NCBI GenBank assembly: GCA_036834845.1
Contig: DAITNB010000007.1
Span: 28,248-92,247, forward strand
DNA length: 64,000 bases
From: a bacterium
GTDB taxonomy: Bacteria > Bacteroidota > Ignavibacteria > Kapaibacteriales > Kapaibacteriaceae
Direction: 5' to 3'
Made by a program: the position numbers and the translations under genes. Of the stretch, positions 28,681 through 36,518 are shown piece after piece. Below the pieces are notes generated by a model. That model saw nothing but the letters and a program-made list of their open reading frames with translations, searched no databases and was not told the origin of the DNA. Each line of letters opens with the position of its first letter. Position 1 is the stretch's first letter.

Positions 28681-31600
28681 TTACTTCACAACAGAGATGC
28701 TTTGAAGTTCGCTTGTGAACGGACCGCTGATTACACGGTAGAAGTACGTTCCAGCAGGGAGACGGGAGAAGTCTACTGTTGTTTCGTACGCACCAGCTGC
28801 TGTCTTTTCATCTACCAGAGTTTGTACTGCTTCACCCATGCTATTGTAAAGAACAATGCGTGTGTTAGCATTCAAACCTACAGAGTAGCTGATTATACCA
28901 GTGTTTGATACTGGATTCGGACGAACAGGAGTTACAGTGTAAGCAACCGATCCAACGGACACGAGGCGCGTTGTTGTTGCACATGGCATCTCGACGGTGA
29001 TCTTTCCTGGCTCATCGCGGAGAAGTGTGTAGTCAAGGCGCTCACCGGAGTTATCATAGTCTACCCAGTAGCTATAGATATTCAGCGGTGAAACGAACGA
29101 ACCAACACGGTTACCGAGGAGAGCATCGAACGTTACCTTGAACACCGGCACATCAATGTTGCGAAGAGGGCTCTTCACTGCACGACGATCTGCGATGTCG
29201 ATTTCGAGGGAGTTCGTTGCGTCGCCTGGACGTCCAAAGCGATCAACCTTGATAACAGTCCAACCTTCGGACTGTGTACCAACCGTGATGATGTCGCCAA
29301 CATTAATCCGTGGCTTCACAAGGATTGGGTCGTAGCTGAGACGTACACGTAGCTCTGTGAGACCTACTGCATCGATAGACTCAGGGATAGCCGACAGATT
29401 AACCGCAACGTCTACGGGAGCTCCACCTGGTGCAGCCGTGTATTCGCCTACGCCGTTCGTGGACTCGAGGAAGAGACCGTTACCGGAAACTGTAGCTGTT
29501 TGAGTCTTGGCAGAGTTACGATCGTCCGTGAACACGATGTCGGCAGTGAACTTGTCGTTGCGCCATACGATACCTTGCGTGTAGGCCTTTTCGTACCACT
29601 TATTTCCCTTGTCTGCAAGGTTGGACTGACCATTAGCAAGTTTCGTTACGAAGTCTGGTGTGAAGGTTACGTTGATAACCTTTGTTTCACCCGGAGCTAC
29701 GTCTACATACTGTTCTGCAACAGTGAAGCGGCTAGCATCAGGTCCTGATGGTTGCGAAATGTTGTAACGGATGATTGAGTTTTCTGTGTGGCGAATAGAA
29801 ACTGGGATAGTTGTGCTGTTAAACACATACTGATCTCTTTCACCGCCTTGAACTACGAACTCACCACCCTGTACGCGCGCCGTGATCTTGTACGTTGGCT
29901 CGTACGTTGCCTGTCCGTTTGTGCCAACGTTCGTTTCAATAACGTATGGCGACTCGAAGTTACCTGCAACATCTGGGCTAAAGCGAACTTGGAGCATCAT
30001 TGGTGCATCACCCGGCTTGATAACCCATGGGCTTTGAACCGAAGGTGCATTCAAGAGTTCGAACTTCGTTGCAGCATCTGTGATGCGGATGTTCGTGATC
30101 ACTACATCATACGATCCAGATGAATTACCTGTGAGCGTATTCGACTGACCTAGGTAGTGTTCGTTCGTGATTGGAATTTCCAGCACTTGTGCTGCATCGC
30201 CAACATTGAATGTACCTGGGAAGTCGAGATCTGCACCCTTTACTTGTGGTTGCCATGCACGACCATTCAGTGGTGCCTTTACGTCAACAACCTTACCGTC
30301 GGCAGCACGTGTTGAGAACACGATTTCGCCTACGTAGTCGCGTTCTGCAGCACGGTTGGCTTGCTCTGTTGGAACAAACGCTACTGTTACGTACCTGCGT
30401 TGTTGAGCGGACCCACCGATAAGCTGTACTGGGAACGATCCAACATCGCCAAGATCAACGATGCGGAAGCTAGAAGCATTTGCACCGGTGATGGTTGGCT
30501 CGTTATACGTAACTGGCTGATTGCCGAGGTTCTCGAAGTAAATCTTCTGCGTGTACTGCGTAATGCCTTGGCTTGTTTGAATGTTGTCGATAACGCGCTC
30601 GATCCATGGGGATGAGTATGCGCTAAGTTGAACATCGTTACCGCGGCCTTGGAGAACAGCTATGGAGTCTACTTCACGTGCGTTTGAGTAGAAAGGAACG
30701 TCTACGCGATGATCAACGCCAACTTGGCCCTTAGGGCTGTAGGTAACCTTGAACTCGTACTTGCCATTTCCTTCAATGGTCATCGGGAAAGCACCGGCAA
30801 GGGGCTTACCGTCCATTGTTGTTGGGTTGAAGAAGTTTCCTGTGCCATCGAGAAGCGACTCATTAAAGCCAGAAAGGAACAAACCTACACGGCTTGCATT
30901 ACGGATTTCAACCACGCGTTCAACACCAGGCGAACTTGCTGGGATTGTTCCCCAGTCTACGTCTGAGACATAAATCTTTGGCTCTTCACCGCGGACGCGT
31001 AGTTCAACCGTCTTCTGATCGTAGCAAGCAAGTTCTACAATCACCGTGTCTACAACTAGCGGTGCGGACTGAATTGTAGCTGTAACACTGATTTCGCGTG
31101 TGCCAGATGGATCAATGGTAAATGGTCCTGCGGGATTCACATTGAATACCGTTGAGCCAGCCATAAGCTTAACACGGCGTACAAGAACTGGTCGGTCATT
31201 CGACTCGTTCTTAATCGTGAACGTGAGAGTGGACGGTGTGTTAAATGCCAAAGTGCCGAAGTCGAGCTTTGATGGCGTCCACGTAATCTTGTCGGCTGTG
31301 TATGTGTACGTCTTTTCAACAAACTTGCCTGAACGAGATACTACGCGAACGGTTGCCGAGGCATCCTTCGACTTATCAAGCACCTTCAAGCGGAACGTTA
31401 CGTTGCGATCTCCGCTATTAAATTCTTCGTCAACAATCAGCTCATAGTTGGCCATGTCTTCGGGATACACCGCGAAGATCGAACCACACTGTGTGTTTTC
31501 CGGTAGAATTTTGCCTTCGCCAGTTACATCACCGCAAACGATCACTTCAGATACTGCAAGCGAATCGTCGCAAGGGATTGTCATGTCGATCGAAACAGGT

Positions 31601-33183
31601 GTGCCATAAGCACGACCTTGCTGCAGACCGTCGAGCGATCCGTAGTTCCAAGCAACCCAACGAACAGAAGCATCATCCGACTCAACAAAGTGATCGCCAG
31701 ATCCGATTGGTGTTGCGATGTATGCATACTCAGTGCCGGCGATCAAACGCATAGCACCACCGAATGCTGATGTAAGCGAGCGACCGTCTACCTTGATCTT
31801 ACCAATTTCCGACTTCTTGAACACGATGTTAAAGAAGTTGTCCATTCCTTCTGGAGCATGGAACACTGCGTAGTCTACCCAGCGATCTACAGAAGGAACA
31901 TACTGGAGCATAGGCATGCCAGATTCAACCGTAGGGTGTCCTTGTGCTTCTTCACCTTCTTTAGCTCCGCTACCGCGAAGGGCCGGAGGAAGAATCTTTG
32001 CATAAGACTTGCCATACTGCCCCATAAGTACTGGCTTATTCGATTCCCAATATGTTGGGACCTGGAGGTCTGTAACGAGGCGTGTTTCGCCACGCTTCAA
32101 ACTCCACACATTCATCATTTCCGAACCGTCCTGACGCATGGAACGTACCACGGTACCGTCTTCGAGAGCAACAACACGAACAACATCACCACGGTCATCA
32201 TCGATGCCAAATTCAACAGAACCTTGGCCGGTTACGCGAGCTGGCGTGTATTTGCAAGGTGTTGTTACAAACTTTGTTCCGGCCATTTCCAGTGGAAGCA
32301 TGGCGTCGTGAACGTTGCTACGAACGAAGTGAGCTTCTGCCGCGAACATACCCGTTGGTGGAAGCACGTCTGGGTAGCGCATGATGGCTACCTTGGTATG
32401 ACCAGAAACAACGCCAACCGGCTTGCTTGCACGAATCAACGTACCTGTGAGGTCTGTTGTCCATTCCTTATTCTGATCCTCAATAATCTTTGCCTTGATG
32501 AGGAATGTTTCGCCACGCTCGAGGTTGATTGTTTGTGTTGCACCCTTGCGAACACTTGGAGCTTCAACGCCACCTTCAGTGTCTACTGTTGGTGTGTACG
32601 ATACAACTGTGTTGTCCTTATCTGCGATGATCAAGATCTGCGACGGACGGTACTTGTAGCCGGAGCTATTGCCGTAACGGTCTTGATAGAAGTTCATCGA
32701 GTAGTAATTCTTGCCCCACCCTTCAACAGGAAGGTGGCGAGCCATTTCACCATTACCCATCCACGCTTGATACGTGGTAACCGAGATCGGCTTCTTCGAC
32801 GTAACAAGGATTCCGTAACCCTTGCGCGTTTCGGACTCCTGATTCATGTACGCTGTGGTTACAGGAATCTTCAAGACCTTATTGGCCTCAACTGTGTACT
32901 CGCGGTCAATTCTTGCAGCATCGTTGATGCCTGCAGGCGTTTGAACACGCACGGTGGTCTTCGTCTTCGAAGAGATGAACAGCTGCATTGGCTGTGGCAT
33001 CGGCTTCTCAGTCGGACTTGCCCAAACTTGTGGGAACGCTACAACATAGCGCCTACCCTCAGTGAGGACCATGGTACCACGACGTTCGGTAGTCTTCGTG
33101 TCCGAAGCGAACGTGCTTAAACCACCGATCATTGTCAAAAGGACAACGAGGGCGGTCTTCATTGTGGTGGAAACAAGTCTCAT
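28681..33183 (-). CDS. giant secreted protein, paralogue B (1500 aa): IgGFc-binding-N-like module + many Ig-like repeats + cohesin-like module + T9SS CTD
   Basis: The ATG at 33183 is preceded by AGGAG-N7. Signal peptide MRLVSTTMKTALVVLLTMIGGLSTFA. The N-module is homologous to paralogue A. Repeats carry IKNESNDRPVLV / IRNASRVGLFL / FENLGNQPVTY signatures. The C-terminus ends in ...AGTYFYRVISGPFTSELQSISVVK. Confidence 0.9.
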   Translation of the reverse strand: MRLVSTTMKTALVVLLTMIGGLSTFASDTKTTERRGTMVLTEGRRYVVAFPQVWASPTEKPMPQPMQLFISSKTKTTVRVQTPAGINDAARIDREYTVEANKVLKIPVTTAYMNQESETRKGYGILVTSKKPISVTTYQAWMGNGEMARHLPVEGWGKNYYSMNFYQDRYGNSSGYKYRPSQILIIADKDNTVVSYTPTVDTEGGVEAPSVRKGATQTINLERGETFLIKAKIIEDQNKEWTTDLTGTLIRASKPVGVVSGHTKVAIMRYPDVLPPTGMFAAEAHFVRSNVHDAMLPLEMAGTKFVTTPCKYTPARVTGQGSVEFGIDDDRGDVVRVVALEDGTVVRSMRQDGSEMMNVWSLKRGETRLVTDLQVPTYWESNKPVLMGQYGKSYAKILPPALRGSGAKEGEEAQGHPTVESGMPMLQYVPSVDRWVDYAVFHAPEGMDNFFNIVFKKSEIGKIKVDGRSLTSAFGGAMRLIAGTEYAYIATPIGSGDHFVESDDASVRWVAWNYGSLDGLQQGRAYGTPVSIDMTIPCDDSLAVSEVIVCGDVTGEGKILPENTQCGSIFAVYPEDMANYELIVDEEFNSGDRNVTFRLKVLDKSKDASATVRVVSRSGKFVEKTYTYTADKITWTPSKLDFGTLAFNTPSTLTFTIKNESNDRPVLVRRVKLMAGSTVFNVNPAGPFTIDPSGTREISVTATIQSAPLVVDTVIVELACYDQKTVELRVRGEEPKIYVSDVDWGTIPASSPGVERVVEIRNASRVGLFLSGFNESLLDGTGNFFNPTTMDGKPLAGAFPMTIEGNGKYEFKVTYSPKGQVGVDHRVDVPFYSNAREVDSIAVLQGRGNDVQLSAYSSPWIERVIDNIQTSQGITQYTQKIYFENLGNQPVTYNEPTITGANASSFRIVDLGDVGSFPVQLIGGSAQQRRYVTVAFVPTEQANRAAERDYVGEIVFSTRAADGKVVDVKAPLNGRAWQPQVKGADLDFPGTFNVGDAAQVLEIPITNEHYLGQSNTLTGNSSGSYDVVITNIRITDAATKFELLNAPSVQSPWVIKPGDAPMMLQVRFSPDVAGNFESPYVIETNVGTNGQATYEPTYKITARVQGGEFVVQGGERDQYVFNSTTIPVSIRHTENSIIRYNISQPSGPDASRFTVAEQYVDVAPGETKVINVTFTPDFVTKLANGQSNLADKGNKWYEKAYTQGIVWRNDKFTADIVFTDDRNSAKTQTATVSGNGLFLESTNGVGEYTAAPGGAPVDVAVNLSAIPESIDAVGLTELRVRLSYDPILVKPRINVGDIITVGTQSEGWTVIKVDRFGRPGDATNSLEIDIADRRAVKSPLRNIDVPVFKVTFDALLGNRVGSFVSPLNIYSYWVDYDNSGERLDYTLLRDEPGKITVEMPCATTTRLVSVGSVAYTVTPVRPNPVSNTGIISYSVGLNANTRIVLYNSMGEAVQTLVDEKTAAGAYETTVDFSRLPAGTYFYRVISGPFTSELQSISVVK

Positions 33184-33347
33184 GGACTTACTCCTAGGTG
33201 AAAAATGGAAACTGTTGGATGTCATGTTCAATCTCTTAAAATACAAGAAAACCGGTCATGTGCAACGCTAACTCTCTGGTTAAACCTGTGTTTACGCGCA
33301 CACTATGCTTTCTCATCCCCTAACAACATCAGAAGTGGAAAAAGGTT

Positions 33348-34313
33348 TCACACTTTTGAAAAAATATTTTTGAGGTTATCCACACACCGGTTTGCCCTGG
33401 GTTCGATTGGAAGAACAATGGCAACCAACAACGCTCCTACTAACACATCCACAACGTAGTGATACCTAAGGTAAACCGTTGATATAATTAGACTTCCGCC
33501 AATTACAACGAAGAACCAACGGTATCTGCTTCGGTTTTTGAACCCCAGTACAAGGTTGGTTAGGGTTAACATGGTATGTCCGCTTGGCATACAGTCGCGA
33601 TTTACCACAGAAATGGGGTCGGTAGCATTCCAGGGGATGCCCCCTCCCACATTAACAAGGTGCCGGAGCAGATCGGTAACAGCCAACCCGGGCAGATCCA
33701 GTGATAGCGCGGAATAATCGTGTAGCGTAAACCGTGGCCCGATGGCGGGCATTGCAAAGTACAGGAGGTACGAAACGAAGTAGCAGAAGGCCATGGCTCT
33801 CGCGAACTCCACGAGTTTGGGTAGGTCTCCACGTCTCCAAAGCTCAACGGCCTGCATAATAGGGAGCACGTAGAACAGGAAATAACAGATCTGGAGGTAC
33901 TCGGTTACAACGGGAAAGCTCCACTTCTGAAGCCAAACGGTTGGATCGAGACCAAAGATCAAGCGATCCACGGTTATAAGAACGTCATCGTAATCAACCG
34001 GGTGCACAATACGTACAAATGCGTGCGTTTGATCGTACATCATGTAAATAACGGGAACGATATAGAAATACCGTATCATGGCAAATAGCCGTAGTCCGGT
34101 TAGCCCCTTGAGGAGAATGGACCCTCCAATCACCGCCGCAATAAGAACATTTTCGAAGAGTATGCTTGAGGCCTTGGGTACATACGGGTACAGCACCAAT
34201 GCCATAGCGCTATAGAGCACGCACATACACAATGTGTACATATCTAACGAACACAGCTCGGAACGAAGCCGATGAAAGAGGTCGGCAACTGCACCAGATT
34301 GGCTAACACTCAT
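33348..34313 (-). CDS. PAP2_C-type membrane phosphotransferase (sphingomyelin/IPC-synthase-like motifs)
   Basis: Polytopic 321-aa ORF with DCMPSGHTML and RYHYVVDVLVGA, matching the SGHT and HYxxDVxxG motifs of the SMS/AUR1-like PAP2 branch. Confidence 0.7.
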   Translation of the reverse strand: MSVSQSGAVADLFHRLRSELCSLDMYTLCMCVLYSAMALVLYPYVPKASSILFENVLIAAVIGGSILLKGLTGLRLFAMIRYFYIVPVIYMMYDQTHAFVRIVHPVDYDDVLITVDRLIFGLDPTVWLQKWSFPVVTEYLQICYFLFYVLPIMQAVELWRRGDLPKLVEFARAMAFCYFVSYLLYFAMPAIGPRFTLHDYSALSLDLPGLAVTDLLRHLVNVGGGIPWNATDPISVVNRDCMPSGHTMLTLTNLVLGFKNRSRYRWFFVVIGGSLIISTVYLRYHYVVDVLVGALLVAIVLPIEPRANRCVDNLKNIFSKV

Positions 34314-35125
34314 CCGTTTACGAGCTCACGAAATACCTGCAATAGTTCGGGTGGTTCCAACTGCTCTGCACGTGTTTTTGCCAGATCAAAGCCCGCAGCG
34401 TGCGAAACAGAACCTACGCCACCAGTGCGTTGACTGCGCCACTGGGCAAGAGCGTTTGTCATCACTTTGCGGCGCTGCGAAAATGCAGCACGAACGAATT
34501 TCAAAAACTCAGAGGCATGGTCTGGTTCTCGTGTGATGGGCAACAGATCAAACGCAACAACACTCGAGGTTACATTAGGCCTAGGATAGAACGACCCTGG
34601 TTGAACGTGGAAGAGAATCTTTGCGTTGGCATGCAACCATGCTGCAACACTCAAGATTCCATAGTCCTTGGTGCCGGGAAGCGCAACACACCGGCGAGCA
34701 ACTTCGCGCTGCATCATCATTACCACCCGGCCTACATCTGTATGTTGCGCAAAGGACCAAAAGAGTAGCTCCGAAGTAATGGAGTATGGAATATTGCCTA
34801 TAATTTTCCTGTGGCTCCGAGAAACGCTTGGAAATTGTTGCGCACTCGAAGTAGTGAGTGCATCTGCGTGGACCACTCGAAACTTTGGGCTTGCAGCCCA
34901 AGGCTGTGCTTGAATTGCCTGTACGGCTCGCTGGTCTAACTCAACGGAATGCACGGAGCTACAACTGCTGGAAACAAGGTGTTGTGTTAGCGCCCCAGTT
35001 CCCGGGCCAACTTCCAGCACAACATCGCCGGGCACTATCTGGAGGGCCTGCACGATTTTCTGCGCAACTCTTACATCTGTAAGGAAGTTCTGGCTGAAAC
35101 TCCGAAGTGGTTGCAGCTTGGTCAC
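34310..35125 (-). CDS. rsmA: 16S rRNA (adenine1518/1519-N6)-dimethyltransferase
   Basis: SQNFLTD, VLEVGPGTGALT, IIGNIPYSITS. GTG start overlapping the HIT stop (GTGA). Confidence 0.9.
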   Translation of the reverse strand: MTKLQPLRSFSQNFLTDVRVAQKIVQALQIVPGDVVLEVGPGTGALTQHLVSSSCSSVHSVELDQRAVQAIQAQPWAASPKFRVVHADALTTSSAQQFPSVSRSHRKIIGNIPYSITSELLFWSFAQHTDVGRVVMMMQREVARRCVALPGTKDYGILSVAAWLHANAKILFHVQPGSFYPRPNVTSSVVAFDLLPITREPDHASEFLKFVRAAFSQRRKVMTNALAQWRSQRTGGVGSVSHAAGFDLAKTRAEQLEPPELLQVFRELVNG

Positions 35126-35625
35126 AGCACCTGTATGTCCTTGTGGGCCGACCTAAAGTCTGCTACGAGTTTGCTGAGAGACGCAGAAACAACGGAAACG
35201 TCTGCAATAGTGGGCATAAAGTTTGTATCGCCATTCCAACGCGGCACGATGTGCACGTGAAGATGTCCGGGCACGCCTGCCCCACCTGCCGACCCTTGAT
35301 TTATGCCAACATTCATTCCGTGGGGTTTCATCACTATCTCGATAATCCGCATGGCGTGGCGAACAGCAGCCATGAGTTCCGCGCTTTCGGTCTCCGAAAG
35401 AGATAACAGGTCTGGAATGTGGCTTGTGGGGGCAACTAATAGGTGTCCGGCATTATACGGGAACCTATTCACTACAACAATGGCGCTTCCGTGCGCACCA
35501 ACAAACGTGCCGTTGGCTTCCTCTCCAGTTTCTGCAGCGCCACATAGGAAGCAGGTATTAGCGTTATCGCGGTCTGCGTCTTGCACATATTCGGACCGCC
35601 ATGGAGACCACATGTTCGAATTCAT
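35122..35625 (-). CDS. HIT-family nucleotide hydrolase/transferase
   Basis: N-terminal WSPWRSEYV, then NRFPYNAGHLLV and the histidine triad GVPGHLHVHIVPRW. The ATG at 35625 is preferred because the upstream part of the ORF contains the terminator hairpin. Confidence 0.85.
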   Translation of the reverse strand: MNSNMWSPWRSEYVQDADRDNANTCFLCGAAETGEEANGTFVGAHGSAIVVVNRFPYNAGHLLVAPTSHIPDLLSLSETESAELMAAVRHAMRIIEIVMKPHGMNVGINQGSAGGAGVPGHLHVHIVPRWNGDTNFMPTIADVSVVSASLSKLVADFRSAHKDIQVL

Positions 35626-35631
35626 ACTTCT

Positions 35632-35667
35632 GTCCGAAAACAGCGATGCCCGCCGAAGCGGGCATCG
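35632..35667 (-). terminator. terminator/attenuator hairpin after the cargo + beta-barrel gene pair
   Basis: Minus strand: perfect 10-bp stem CGATGCCCGC / GCGGGCATCG with a TTCG tetraloop, followed by CTGTTTTCGG. It lies 21 nt after the OMP stop. Confidence 0.55.
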
Positions 35668-35688
35668 ATCGTTCAAATGATTTCAACG

Positions 35689-36507
35689 TTAGATGGCAAA
35701 GCGAATGTCGATGCCTGCTTGGAAGGCATTGATGCGGAGGTTATCTGCTTCGGATACCTTCGTTACACCAAAGTTGTAATACATCGAAGGCACAAGCAAC
35801 ACCTTACCAACTGGAATTTCGTACTGCAAACCTGCCTTGATGGCAATGCGGATGGCAGAGTGCCCAGGGATGTCGTCGCGCGCTGTGATAACGGTGCGGC
35901 CATCATTCTGATATTCACACTCGGGACAGAACGAGGGATCGAACTGTGCATTCAGTGGCTCAACAAGGTTCATTGCCTGCACGCGTTCAGCACTTAGAAC
36001 GTACCCAATGGTTGGACCAACGGTAATTCCAAAGTTGGAATTAAAGAGATTAAGCTTGTACATGATCTCGAGATCGAGTACCGAGTACTTGATGTCTGCC
36101 GTGTGGTTTACCGTTGAGTATACAACCTCGCCCGTTGTGGTATCACGCGAGGGGAGCTGGTCGCCTTCCTCCGTGTAACCGCCTGGCAAGTAGTTGTAGA
36201 GCAACCTTGCAATGATAGACGACTTCGAATCTCGGGGCTTTCCAAGCAGGTACTCAAAGGATCCACCGAAGTAGTATCCGTTGGCGGTTCCCTGCTCAAA
36301 GGTTGGGCACAACACGTCGCCCGCTACCGACTGAAAGCCGGAAGAGTGCAGCGTTCTATTGTAACCAACCACTGGTCCCACGTAGATGCGTGGGGCGCTC
36401 TTTTCCGGTACTAGCGGATTTGAACGCGCGCCCAGCTCTTGCTGTGCAACCATGCTCCCCGTTGCCGCGAGGAATACCGCAACAACGGCGGTAGCAACTC
36501 TCCTCAT
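35689..36507 (-). CDS. outer-membrane beta-barrel protein (unassigned family)
   Basis: Signal peptide MRRVATAVVAVFLAATGSMVAQQ, alternating hydrophobic beta-strand pattern, C-terminal ...AGIDIRFAI. The ATG lies 11 nt after the upstream giant gene's stop. Confidence 0.65.
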   Translation of the reverse strand: MRRVATAVVAVFLAATGSMVAQQELGARSNPLVPEKSAPRIYVGPVVGYNRTLHSSGFQSVAGDVLCPTFEQGTANGYYFGGSFEYLLGKPRDSKSSIIARLLYNYLPGGYTEEGDQLPSRDTTTGEVVYSTVNHTADIKYSVLDLEIMYKLNLFNSNFGITVGPTIGYVLSAERVQAMNLVEPLNAQFDPSFCPECEYQNDGRTVITARDDIPGHSAIRIAIKAGLQYEIPVGKVLLVPSMYYNFGVTKVSEADNLRINAFQAGIDIRFAI

Positions 36508-36518
36508 ATTCCTGCACC

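Noticed and set aside
31858-33120. 420-aa ORF on the plus strand, inside the 1500-aa minus-strand gene
   Set aside because: It is entirely antisense to a gene with clear homology, a signal peptide and domain structure. Its translation is Cys/Arg/His-rich low-complexity sequence with no motifs. It is a shadow ORF permitted by the strong codon bias of the real gene.
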